The position numbers and the translations under genes are program-made. Below are positions 1-11,805 of a stretch of DNA of 64,000 bases, in pieces. The notes beneath the pieces are model-generated. The model did not search any database, was not told where the DNA came from, and saw only the letters and a list, made by a program, of their open reading frames with translations. The DNA comes from Hemiscyllium ocellatum. Lineage: Eukaryota. The stretch is taken from contig NC_083406.1 of the NCBI RefSeq assembly GCF_020745735.1, positions 102,835,164 through 102,899,163 of the forward strand. Direction: 5' to 3'. The stretch's first letter is position 1; every line of letters begins with the position of its first letter.

Positions 1-553
1 ACTGACGCTTACACATTTTCCAGCAGAAATCATCAGATAGCAAAGTGAAATGGGAAGACTAGTAATTTTGCTGCCGTTTCCTATTCTATAACCCACAGGA
101 GGCCCTTTTTTTACTCCATTTAAAATGAGCCAGCTCAGCAAGGATGGGGAATTCAGCCTGGGGTATTCTGGGTTAAGTGTCTACCTTAAGGTTGAATGGG
201 GGAAGAACACTCATTGGATAATCTTGTGCATATATAAACAGACACTGATGGTGGGCTTTAGAGTTAGAAGCTTTTTAGTTGCAATGTCTCACATTGCGAA
301 TAAGTCTAAAACTGAGTAAAGAAAGATAAACTTCTAGTCTGCATTTTAACAACTCCCCATAAGGAGTCATTCTTCATTCTGATCATACATCTTAGCAGTT
401 TCATAGGCAAAGATGCTAGGTCAGTGAAATGGAAACTCAGTAGGTATTTTCATACAATGCTCAAAGTGAGGGAGAAACAGTAGATAAAATGTATTTATTT
501 ATTTAAAGCAAACACAAAAATAATGTAAATGCGCATGATCATCTTATCCTTAC

Positions 554-651
554 CTGGTCCTGTGAAGAGGAGTGGGAAGAGGGAAAAATGCCCTGTTGTG
601 GCTAAAATAAGGTACGTTCCAGCATCTTTTGTATTTTCCACAGCTAACAAA
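554..651 (-). CDS. ALG8: ALG8 exon 11 (98 nt); the remaining exons lie left of the window
   Basis: ccttag|LLAVENTKDAGTYLILATTGHFSLFPLLFTGP|gtaagg; phases of all 11 exons join into one open frame (1270 nt). Confidence 0.95.
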
Positions 652-969
652 CTAAGGATTTCAAAGAAAAAACACTGCAATTTAAAAGCAGCTCCTTTGG
701 AAATAACTGCTATCTTATTTGTTTTATTCAATAACCTTTATTCCAATACAAATACATATTAGGAGGGTGGGAAGGAAGTCTCTATCAGACGAATATTTTT
801 TAGCACTAATGTTAGGAATTTTCTTCTGAAAATTTTTAAAGTAGCAGGCAAGAAGAGATTGAAAAATAGGATATATCATAACTTATAAAACTTATGAACC
901 AAGTGAGTACTCTTAAAGAGCATCAGGAAAAGCTAGGATCCCAATACCAACTGCTGGGGACCTTCACTA

Positions 970-1770
970 TAAACTTTTCCTGAGCCTGAAAACTATGCAT
1001 TGACCTTTACTCTGTGTTTCCAATCACTCACTCAATTCTGTCCCTTTCATTCTATTACTTATCACTTTCCTCATGAGTCTGTTTTGGGACTCTGTATTGA
1101 ATTCTTTTTGGAAGTAACATACGCCACCCTCATCAACCCTTTGCTCTTCTTCAGAAACCTTTTGCAAGTAAGTTTGATACAATACTCCCTTAACAACTCT
1201 ATATTGATTCTTCCGAATTAACCCACATTTTTCCATGTGTCTATTAATTCTATTTTGAATGATTGTTTTTAAGAGGTGTCCCCAAAGTTAAACATACTGG
1301 TCCTTAAATGCTGAGGCTAGCTTTACAACCTTTTTTTTAAAAATATGCATAATGTTGCAATTCCCCAGTCCTTCAGCAACACCCCCAAATCCAGGGAAGA
1401 TTGAGATTATTGCCAGTACCTCTATAATTTCCACGATCACTTCCTTCAAAACATTCGGACTTATCTTACTCGGCTCCAGTACCCTATCAAGTACCAACAG
1501 CTTATCAATTTTATCAATACTCTTTTCAATTTCAAACTTGCCTAGAGACTGTGTTTTGTCCTCTGCCACCATAACCTGGGCAGCATTTGCCTTGTAGGTA
1601 AAGACAGATACAAGAATTCACTTAATACTCTTGTCTCCATGTGTAAATGTACTTTTTGATCCCATTTCACCTTTTATCATTCTTACCCTATGGATTGCTT
1701 ATAGAATACTTTGGGATTTCCCTTGATATCAACTGCCAGACATTTTTGCTAATTCCTCTTCGCTTTTTTT
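970..1770 (-). mobile_element. Old CR1-type LINE ORF2 fragment
   Basis: ORF 1288-1572 resembles the CR1 segment K..GPD.I.P.VLKEV..EI.E.L..IF; degenerate. Confidence 0.7.
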
Positions 1771-1854
1771 TTCAAATCTGAACTTTTGACATGAAACCAT
1801 CATCAATTGTTGGAAGAACACATCCACATTCTGGAGAAGGGTCATTGAACTCAA

Positions 1855-2039
1855 GGAGAAAGTGAGGTCTGCAGATACTGGAGATCAGAGCTGAAAATGT
1901 ATTGCTGGAAAAGTGCAGCAGGTCAGGAAGCATCCAAGGAACAGGAAATTCAATGAAGGGCTTATGCCCGAAAGGTCGAATTTCCTGTTCCTTGGATGCT
2001 GCCCGACCTGCTGCGCTTTTCCAGCAAGACATTTTCAGC
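1855..2039. mobile_element. Penelope-derived hairpin mini-element (family A) inserted in a family-B Penelope remnant (about 1828-2155)
   Basis: Inverted arms GCTGAAAATG..TGCTGGAAAAG..CAGCAGGTC; imperfect 13-bp TSD TCATTGA(A/G)CTCAA at 1842-1854 and 2040-2052. Confidence 0.75.
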
Positions 2040-2459
2040 TCATTGAGCTCAAAACAACAATGCTGCCTTCTCTCCAAAGATGCTACCAGACCTGCTGATT
2101 TTTTTCTGGCAATTTTTGTTTTTGTTTGTTTCAGATCTCCTGCATCTGTCGTTCTTTGTTTTATCTGATTCATTAATACTGCTTAAAGATTGAAATTTGT
2201 CATCTTTTCCTGGCCTGGCCTACATGTGACTGCAGACCCTCAGTAAAGTGGTTAACTAATAACTGCCATCTGAAATGACCAGACAAACAAGGCTGTTCAA
2301 GGGCTGTTAAGTGATGGAATGCCACAAAAGAAAATAAAAAAAACGTTGCCAGTTCAATTGCCCATGTTAAGATCTAATTCAAAAGTCTTTGTGAGATGCT
2401 TCTGCACATGATATTATAACAAAATCTGCATTACTTACATTACAAAAGGTAATAGAATT

Positions 2460-2785
2460 ATTGAATCCTTACTCTGCAGATAAAGGCCATTCAGCCCATT
2501 GAATCCACACTGGGCCTCGAAGAGCATCTCATCCAGACCCACTCCATCCCAGTAATTTCCCATGGCTCATCAACCTAGCCTACACATCGCTGGATAGTAC
2601 AAGGCAATTTAGCAGAGCCAATCCACCTAAATTGTGCACACCTTTGGATTGTAGGAGGAATCTAGAGCACCCAGCAGAAACCCAAGCAGAAACATAGAGA
2701 ATGTGCAAACTCCATCCAGTCACTGAGGGTGGAATCAAACTTGGGTCCCTGGCGCTGTGAGGCAGCAGTGCTAACCACTTTGCCA
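2460..2785 (-). mobile_element. HE1-type tRNA-derived V-SINE, diverged
   Basis: Reverse complement of TGGTTAGCACTGCTGCCTCACAGCGCCAGGGACCC head and V-domain GGGTTTC..CTGGGTGCTC. Confidence 0.8.
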
Positions 2786-2826
2786 CTAGTAATTTTAAAA
2801 AATCATAAGCTAAGAATGTAAGATAC

Positions 2827-2966
2827 CTCAGAGGTAGAATGGCGATGAGAATGGCCTTTTCATGTACGTGCCAGCCAAACATGAATGACCCCAATGCACA
2901 AAGGATGAGGCATTGAAGGAACCCTCTAGGTCCTCGAGGTCTTAACCAAAGTTGGAGAACAGCAGG
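2827..2966 (-). CDS. ALG8: ALG8 exon 10 (140 nt)
   Basis: ttcaag|[46 protein letters not shown](S)|gtatct; [11 protein letters not shown] motif. Confidence 0.97.
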
Positions 2967-3251
2967 CTTGAAGTAGGAGAGAAGGAGAAATATTAACAAT
3001 ATTGATTAATAAGTGAAGCTAAAATCATCAAGTGTTCTCTACTCATCATTTTGCACATACTGAAACACTTGCATGAGCATTCGGCTTCCAGACCAGAAAG
3101 TGAACACAAAACTCAGAAACTCATCGCAACAAATGATTTTACTAACTGCGTGAATCAACATATATAAAAAAAATTAAAAGCCTGAAGAATATCAATTGTA
3201 TCATATTTCACTGTGTGGGGAATTATTTGGTAAGCGTGTGTTGGTACTGAC

Positions 3252-3391
3252 CATTATTGAGAGCAAAGTACAGACCAGCGTTGCAAACGGTGACACAGAC
3301 GGTAGGACAGCATGCTGGAACTCCTGCACTAAGCCTCCTGTCATTGATGCCTTTGAAAGCCTGGCAGGATCCAGCAGTTGTAACTTTACAT
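3252..3391 (-). CDS. ALG8: ALG8 exon 9 (140 nt)
   Basis: tacag|(D)[46 protein letters not shown]|gtcagt. Confidence 0.96.
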
Positions 3392-3664
3392 CTGTACCAG
3401 GAAATGAAAACTATCAGTTATTCAGAATTTTGAATCTCTGTTTGATGCAACAATTTTACATGATATTTACAGAAATAGCACCACAACCAGCAAGATAATT
3501 AAATTTTATTTGGTAAATATCAGAACTATGAAACTATGATTTAATTAGTAATTGTTAATTTTCAATATTCAGGTAAACAATACAATTAAATCACTACTCT
3601 CTGTAAAAGTCTTCAGAGACCATGTCAATGTATTAAATGTTTGATAACCTTAACTAGACCTTAC

Positions 3665-3785
3665 CAATGACAGACAATATTTTGTCCACCACATTGTACA
3701 GAGCCCAGAAATTTGGGGCCCAATATGCGTGACAGAGACCTCGCTTGAAGGGGAATAGTCTTGTAAGCACCTGAGACAGCTGACC
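3665..3785 (-). CDS. ALG8: ALG8 exon 8 (121 nt)
   Basis: ctcag|[40 protein letters not shown]|gtaagg; [17 protein letters not shown] motif. Confidence 0.97.
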
Positions 3786-4900
3786 CTGAGAAAGAAAGAA
3801 AATCAATTAATAAAATGCTTGGGCCATTTTGCATTTTGGTTCAAAATTTTCTTCAGAAGTATAAGCTCCAATTCAGCCTTCAAAATCACATATCTTGACT
3901 TGGACTCACATTGTCATTCCTTTATTACCATTGGATCAAAATGAATTGAAGAGGAGCTTAATTTACATCAGTAAAGATAATGGTGCTAATATATGTTATT
4001 TTTGAAATATTGTCATTACAATTATTGCCAACATCTCGCATTGTCTAATTCAGAAGCTATTCTAAACCATTTTGCTCTGATTAAGGCCATGAGCACATGG
4101 AGCATGTAAACATGAAAAAAAATTTCAGGATAAACATGTGCCCTCCCTGAAGCAACAGTACATAGGAACTGTAGGGATACATTAGGTTGGACGAGGCAAA
4201 CAGTGACTGTGAAGGCACTTGACATGTAACTCTTTGTGGCAAACATATTGAGTCATCTATCTTCTTCATAAAGCTATTAGGTAAGTATACCTTGCCAAAT
4301 TGCTAGAAGGATGGTGCACTTCTAATTAATTGTAATTAATGTGCACTTTTACATGACTGCTGTCTCTTTCTGAACATAAAGCACAGATGCCTTTGGAGAC
4401 AGTGTTGTTAAGTGCCAAGTTAAGCATTTTTTGTACCTACCTTATGCAGTAGCAGGTTCAATTCAGCCATTAAACTGAATCCTTTACCATCTTCCATTTG
4501 CCCAAATACTCCATTTAGTATCACACCTCAATTTATACTTTTAGTTTATTAACCTATATATAGCTTTCAAGACCAAATTAAATTTCGCCCCCATACACAG
4601 CATTTTAGTGATACCCTTGTAAATATTTTTGACAATCCTTTATAAATTGCTCCAGATATTCCCCAATACATCAAGTATACATTTCGTACTTGAATGATAT
4701 TTGCAGGAACATACGTATTACAGAATCAATAGTAAGTTTGATGTTGATGTCTCCTGGTATTAAAACAAAACTGCACATTTGCCCAAAACCTTAATAAAAT
4801 GTGTTGAGTGGGAACAAAGTACATGAAATTTACATCTCAAATGCAGTAAAATAGAAAGTGCAGAATAAAGTGTTTTAAATTAACTTAAACATATCTTTAC

Positions 4901-5004
4901 CATGGATATGAAGGGCCCAAAAGAAACTGCAAAAACAGAGAAGACTATAAATCCCAAGGCAAAAAGACGGGAACAACTGAAACTCTTCCACTGGATAGAT
5001 CCAC
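4901..5004 (-). CDS. ALG8: ALG8 exon 7 (104 nt)
   Basis: tttaag|GSIQWKSFSCSRLFALGFIVFSVFAVSFGPFISM|gtaaag. Confidence 0.95.
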
Positions 5005-5204
5005 CTTAAAAATAAACAGAAGTAACAATAATGACAATTGATAAGTTTAGTATATTGTGAAAGAAAATATTTCAATAATTACAAGCTAGGCAATGATAAC
5101 AAAGAGCATGAGGTATATTGAAATTCCAAAAGGTTATCTTCATGATCAAGACCCCTTTCAAAAGCTCTGATTGGTTCAAATAGTGGAATTCCTCAACAAC
5201 ACAC

Positions 5205-5350
5205 AACAAAAAGAAAAATTGCTGGAAAAGCTCAGCAGGTCTGGCAGCACCTGTGAAGAGGAAGGATCGCCTCTGATCTTTCTTCAGAGGCTCCCAGACC
5301 TGCTGAGCTTTTCCAGCAACTTCTGTTTTTATTTCTGATTTACAGCATCA
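5205..5350. mobile_element. Penelope-derived hairpin mini-element (family B)
   Basis: TTGCTGGAAAAGCTCAGCAGGTCTGG ... CCAGACCTGCTGAGCTTTTCCAGCAA inverted arms. Confidence 0.7.
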
Positions 5351-6242
5351 TAGCTGGAGACTTTGAGGTTGTCAATTTGAATAGATTACCATAATTGATT
5401 TGAGATTGCTAAGTTAACAATTGAAAAAGTTTAATGATTAACCTGTAACAAAACAAACTTTAAGAAGTTCAGCAAAACAACATCGAATATCAATTTTTAT
5501 TAACCCTATAACATTTATCTTGACCTTTGACAAGCTTCATTATTGCCTAATAAATCTGAAATGGGCAGCACATATGTGCACATTTCCTATGTTAGTACTC
5601 CTTAAACTATGTTGCAACCTTATATTTCTATGCATGAGCTGGAAACAAGCAAATCAGGCTGCCAGAGAGAGAGAGAGAGAGAGCAAAAAATAAAAAGTAC
5701 AAAAAATGAAAGAATGGAAATGTTGGAAGGCAAAATACAAAACTTGGTATAAATATTATTATGTTTTAATAAAATCCTCAGGTATACAATTTCATCAGAA
5801 ATTAAATGTTCGTATTTTGAATTCATAATGTGATTATCAAAACATGACTTCTATTAATGTTCCAATGCTAAATTATAATAAATTGTTCTCTGAAGACACT
5901 GACTAAATTATTCAGTTATACCAAATCACTATGGTGGTTTGCAAGACACCAAGCGATGGGAACAATTGGATACTGTAAAACAAGAACTTTGGGATTGTTT
6001 GGGCTGAATGAATTTAATTTGGCCTTTCCTCATCTCTAATTATCTTATGACCATTTCACAAAGGACACATCTGATTAATATAATTTTCTACACCAGTATC
6101 TCGCAACTTTTTTTTCTCCCTTATCAGCTCTCCTTGACACAATTTCTCTAATTGTACTCTACTTTTCACTTTGCGAATGCAAATGCATTTAAGGATGAAA
6201 GAAAGTTTCATCTCATCTCAAAATTGATAAAACATTAAATAC

Positions 6243-6369
6243 CTAGCTTGTTCTCAGTGAAGCAGTATGAACGTAGTAGGTAAATACCATAGGCAGGAGC
6301 CACATAAAGAAAAATGTGCTTAAAGTTCATCAGGATTGCAAAGAGTAGTGCACTTTCCAAATGTCTTTC
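6243..6369 (-). CDS. ALG8: ALG8 exon 6 (127 nt)
   Basis: ttacag|[42 protein letters not shown](G)|gtattt. Confidence 0.96.
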
Positions 6370-6515
6370 CTGTAATGAAATCATTTAAAATATTTAAAAC
6401 ATTGTGTTATTGGGTGTTTTTTGGTTATTTCTCAATCTGTTCACTTTTCAATGATTAATGTATACCATGACTAAGCACTGAAGAATTAGTTATTATACTG
6501 AATTTCTCAAATCAC

Positions 6516-6583
6516 CTGAAACATCCTTGCAATGGAAAGAAGCATGACACCAAATAACAAACCATTGTATTGAAAGTGAATAT
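6516..6583 (-). CDS. ALG8: ALG8 exon 5 (68 nt)
   Basis: cccag|(H)IHFQYNGLLFGVMLLSIARMFQ|gtgatt; DHIHFQYNG family motif spans the junction. Confidence 0.97.
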
Positions 6584-6608
6584 CTGGGTCCGAGTTAAGG
6601 AATCATAT

Positions 6609-6637
6609 TGTGTGTGTGTGTGAGAAAGAGAGAGAGA
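6609..6637. repeat. (TG)n/(AG)n compound microsatellite
   Basis: tgtgtgtgtgtgtgagaaagagagagaga, immediately intron-side of the U12 branch point. Confidence 0.85.
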
Positions 6638-7004
6638 ATTGAGAGAAAAAATATATACACGCGCTAAATAGAAATAAAGGCAACATTTCTTTCACAGTTC
6701 CCCCCACATCACATATCACTCAAACCTGAGAAAGAAAATCTATTCTCTGGCCTCCTTCAACACTTAAAAGTGACTCCACTCCTAAACTCCGATCCTATGG
6801 CACTTTCTAAAGTGGCTTCTGCTCACTTATTTGAGATTCTGGGCAAGTAATAATATTCTCTCTCTCTCAGGCACCACATAACATTGCAAGATATCGTAAA
6901 AGATATTCAAAAGTCAGTCAGCAATGGACACCTTTTGTCAAGCAACAAAGATTTTTAAATTGTTAGAAAATAAAGACAAATAAATAAAATCCTCTGTATA
7001 CAAC

Positions 7005-8075
7005 TATAGAGATATACAGCAATGAAACAGACCCTTCAGTCCAACTCATCCACACCAACCAGACATCCTAAATTAATTTAGTCCCATTTGCCAGCAGTTG
7101 CATTAATCCTTTCTATTCGTATACCCATCCAGATGCCTTTTAAATGTTGTAGTTGTACCAGCCTCCATCACTTCCTCTGGCAGTTCATTCACCCTCTGCG
7201 TGAAAAGGTTGCCCCTTAGGTCCCCTTTAAATCTTTCCCTTCTCAGATTAAACCTACGCCCTTTAGTTTTGGACTCCCCCACACTGGGGAAAAGACCTTG
7301 TCCATTTATCCTATGCATGCCCCTCAATTTTATAAACCTATATAAGGTCACCCCTCAGCCTCCAATGCTCCAGGGAAAATAGCCCCAATCTATTCAGCCT
7401 CTCCCTGTAGGTCAAAGCCTACAACCCTGTCAACATCCTTGGAAATCTTTTCTGAACCCTTTAATGTTTCATAATATTCTTCCTATAGTAGGGAGATCAG
7501 AATTGCATGCGGTATTCCAATAGTACCAACCAATCTCCTGTACGGTTGAAACATGATCCCCCAAATCCTACACTCAAAGCTCTGACCAATAAAGGCAAGC
7601 ATATGAAATGCCTTCTGCACTATCCTATCTACCTGTTATTCCACTTTCAAGAAATTATGTATATGTAATCCAAATTCTCTTCGTTCACAACATTCCTGAG
7701 GACCTTACCATTAAGTGTATAAATCCTTCCCTAAATTGCCTTTCCAAAATGCAGCACCTTACATGTAACTATATTAAATTCCATCTGTCACTCCTTGGTC
7801 CACTGGCCCATCTGATCAACATGCTGTTGTATGCTGGGGTAACCTTTTCACTGTTCCAACTACACTTCCAATTTTGGTGTCACCTGCAAACTTACTAACC
7901 ATACCTCCCGTGTTCACATCCAAATCATTTATATAAAATGACAAAAAGCAGTTGTTATAGCACCGATCCTTGTGGCACAACACTGGTGATAGGCCTCTGG
8001 TCCGAAAAGCAACCTTCCACCACCACCTTCTACCTTTGAGCTAGTTGTGTATCCAAGTAGCTAGTTCCTCGTCTA
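7005..8075 (-). mobile_element. HER1/CR1 LINE 3' fragment
   Basis: ORF 7103-7351: LFPSVGESKTKG.RF.LR.ERFKGDLRGN.FTQRV..LPEEV.EAGT...FKRHLD, the CR1 ORF2 C-terminus, plus 3'UTR. Confidence 0.88.
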
Positions 8076-8356
8076 TTATGTTGAAAAAAAAGTTTTTACC
8101 ATCACAACCCAATGGTTTTCTCATAATTTAAAATCATGCACTTCACAGCGAAGTTTGCCCACACAGCCTACCATTATAGAACAGATTACATCTAAAGATA
8201 AAATGTGAAAGCCTGTCATAATCACCAACATAAACTAGACAAGAAGAGCAATGATTATTTGTCAGAGCAAAGAAAATGAAATCAATTTAAGGCATTAGAT
8301 TCTATTAAATATTACCCAAGTTGTTTCATAAGATGCATTTTCTAATGCAAGGATAC

Positions 8357-8466
8357 GATCAACAATCAATAATCCAAAGTTCCAAAGTAACAGCACTGCA
8401 AGTATAAATGCTGGTCTTTCCATTATTTCCTTTGATTCTTTTCTTCTATTAACACACTTACAACAT
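8357..8466 (-). CDS. ALG8: ALG8 exon 4 (110 nt)
   Basis: ttttaag|[36 protein letters not shown](H)|gtatcctt (U12-type donor). Confidence 0.95.
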
Positions 8467-9609
8467 CTTAAAAACAGGGCAAATAAAAATACTCTTATTG
8501 GTCATACAATTCCTTTTTTTTTCTACCCTGAAAACTGGTTAATATAGTGCTTTAACATCTTTCACTTCAGGATCAGGGGTTGAATTGCATTCTAACTGGA
8601 GTTACTGTACAGGCAGCAGAACTAATGAAGACAATTAGCAAAGGAGGAATCTTCTTTTAAACACTAAGTTTTTGTAGCTACCGTAAATGCATCAGAACAG
8701 TATATTCTAAATGTGGCATACCTAAATTAAAAATTGCTTACAATATTAATTGTCAACCACCGTAAGACGCTGATGTGCTTTGTCTTAAATTAGACGAATT
8801 TCTGGGTACAATAGAGGGTTTTGATTTGGGGTTGCATGTTAAAATGACAATCATTTTTGACTATGCAGTTTTAAACATGAAGCTAATTCCAATTACAACA
8901 ATGTAATGATTTTTAAAATATTTAAAAATCATGCCGGTTTAAAAAAAATGTATAAATAAAACATAAATTTTAATCATGAGAATTCATACCAATTAATGTA
9001 TGTGATATCAGTCTACTCTCCCATTGATGTCAGTATGATCAAGAACCATTCACAGGTAAGGGGGATTTGACCAGTTCTCAATCTCCTATCAACTATATTC
9101 CTTTTGTCAGCTGCAGGATATATGAAACCTGTGTAACATGAAAACTACCCGGACACTACTCCAAACTCCCTCTGTAATAGTATAACTGACTGGTAACTCA
9201 AAGTAATGGAGAATTATTATTAAATAGTACTTAAAACCATGAACGCTAATTAGTCACTTCATGTTGCATTGTCCTCACCCACATTCCTCTGGCACAGGAA
9301 TTAGCATGAGTTAGCTTTGGCCAGGCACCAGGAGTCACAATTTTATCCTGTTTGCCCTTTCTGTCAAAACACTGACCAAATGCAGAGCACTGCCAACTGA
9401 GGTACAGTAAATGAGCTGTAATGCAATATTTGAGATTGACGCTAACCTTTTTTGCAAAAACTAAGTATAAATACTACTGGTTGAAATGATTTGATCATAA
9501 ATAGTTAAAGTGGAACTCCTCCGATAGCTTAGTGATTAACAGATTGTCCAGTGTGATACAAGGCTGCCGAGAAAACCCCAAAGCTCAATCTTATATATTG
9601 CTCTGATGC

Positions 9610-11330
9610 GCTTTCTAATTAGCAATGCTACACCCCCATCTTCTTTTCCTAACTTCCCTGTTCTTTTTAAACGTTCTGAACCCTGGAACATCTAGCAACC
9701 ATTCCTGCTCCTGTTAAATGCACGTCTCCATTATGACCACAACATCATTGTCCCAAATGCTGATCCATGCTCTAAGTTTATCACTCTTATTTCTGACATT
9801 CCTTGCGTTAAAACAGACACACTTTAACCAATTCATAGAACATTAAAGCGCAGTACAGGCCCTTCGGCCCTTGATGTTGCGCTGCCCTGTCATACTAATC
9901 TGAAGCCTATCCCACCTACACTATTCCATGTACATCCATATGCCTGTCCAATGACAACTTAAATGCACTTAAACTTGGCGAATGTACTCCTGTTGCAGGC
10001 AAAGCATTCCATACCCTTACTATATCACATGAAAAACCTTCCCGATGGATTCACTACATCCTGACCCATCTACAACCATACCCCCTCTCAGATAGCTCTG
10101 GTTCCCAACCCCCTGCCAAACCAGTTTAAACCCTCTCAAAGCACACAAGCAAATCTCCCATCCAGGACATTTGTGCCCCTCCAGTTCGGATGCAACCCAT
10201 CCTTCACGTACAGGTCCACCTTCCCCAGAAGATATCCCAAGTCTAACTATCTGAAGCCCTCCCTCCTGCTCCAGCCTCGCAGCCACAAGTTAAGCTGCAC
10301 TCGCTGACTGTTCTTCACCTCGCTATCTCGTTGCACCGGTAGCAACCGGAGATCACTACTCTACTTGTCCTGCTCTTCAACTCTCTGTAGTCACTTTTCA
10401 AATCCTCAATCCCTTTCCTGGCTACCTCATTGGTGCCAATATGTACCACAATTTCTGGCTGCTCACCCTTCCCCTTCAGAATCTTGTAAACCCTATCAGC
10501 GACACTGGCACCGGTAGGCAATATATCTTCTGGGAGTCCTGTTCCTGACCACAAAATCTCCTGTCAATCCATCTAACTATTGAGTCCCCTACCACTAGCG
10601 CTTTGCTATTCTCCCCCTTTCCTTCTGAGCCACAGTGCCAGGCTCAGTCAGAGAGCTGACAACTATGACTTTCCCCTGATAGGCTGTTCCCACCACCAAA
10701 AAGGTATACCTATTGCTGAGGGTAACGGCCACAGGGGATCCCTGCCCTGTCTGTTGGTTCTCTTTCCTCCCCTCTGACTGTAACCCAGCTGTCCTTATCC
10801 TGTGTCTGAGGAGTGACTCCCAGTACATCCTCTCAATTTCCCGGGTGATCTACAGTCCATCCAGCTCCAGCTCACTAACTCGATTTTCGAGGAGCAGAAG
10901 TTGGGTGCACTTCCCGCAGATGGGGTTGGTGGAGACATGCGTCATGTCTCTCACCTGCCACATTCTGCAGGAGGAACATGCAACTGCCCTATCAGCCATA
11001 CCCCACTAATCTGAAAGCCCACACAGGACTAAACAAGGAAGAGAAGAAGAATTAAATGACAAAACCCGAAATCTTACAGAGTTTACAGACCCTTAGTAAG
11101 GTTAGAGGAGGTGGGTGGGAAGTAGGGTCTCGGGTTTAGATCTCACCCACTTAAAAACTTTCTGGCAGCTCTCATTTCTCTCCGCCCTCTCTCCTCGCAG
11201 CTCAGTTCAAAATGGAGGCCCGACTCTCGAGGTAATCCCTTTTAAAGTGGGAAAAACATACCTACCCAGCAGCCCTCGCTTCTCTCCGCCCTCTCCCTTC
11301 GCCACTCTGTTCAAAAAGTCTGTTCACAGT
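9610..11330 (-). mobile_element. CR1-type LINE 5' portion (5'UTR, ORF1 with zinc finger and SGNH esterase, start of the endonuclease), interrupted by a short LINE 3' tail at about 9833-10020
   Basis: GEQPEIVVHIGTNEV..K esterase motif (ORF 10315-10554); V.LSNRY motif; ACSSCRMW zinc finger near 10960-10985. Confidence 0.8.
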
Positions 11331-11611
11331 TGAATAGATCACAGATATACAAGATGAATAATGTCCATTTGGGGCCTGGTATCAGAATTGTATGAGTAAC
11401 AATACTTCTTAAAGAGTTAGCACTGTAGCACAGGATGGGAAAATACAATCTTTTTAAAATCAACACTAACATTTAGTGATCTTCCATCTCTCAACTGGTG
11501 GTTTGACAATTATTTCACAATAACTGATGTTTAATCTTTCAACTGGTTATGTTTGTCAAACAACAAATAAAGAACACCTGCGTTTTTAAATACATAAATA
11601 TTAAGACATAC

Positions 11612-11805
11612 TCCAGTACTCCATAAATAAGTACGATATCCATGATGATGACTGAAAGTCGCTGAAATAGAATTGTTGCATCACTGGCATAATTAAGGTT
11701 CTGGACAACCAACATTTCCTTGTCGAAATATTGCGCAATGAGAGACAGTAGGTATTCAAACCATGCAAAAAATGGTGGATAGTCCAAAGTCCATTGCGAA
11801 GTTGC
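11612..11805 (-). CDS. ALG8: ALG8 exon 3 (194 nt)
   Basis: cctag|[32 protein letters not shown]...[18 protein letters not shown](E)|gtatgt; LDYPP motif of the ALG6/ALG8 family. Confidence 0.97.

Larger units (their letters stand above)
6584..8356 (-). other. ALG8: U12-type (minor spliceosome) GT-AG intron 4 of ALG8
   Basis: 5' site GTATCCTT at 8356-8349; branch point TTCCTTAAC at 6602-6594, 10 nt before the end of the intron; no polypyrimidine tract. Confidence 0.93.

Noticed and set aside
652-2826. ALG8 intron 10 donor GTATCTTAC as a second U12 intron
   Set aside because: It departs from GTATCCT at +6, and the acceptor has an ordinary pyrimidine tract with no CCTTAAC branch point at the expected distance; treated as U2-type
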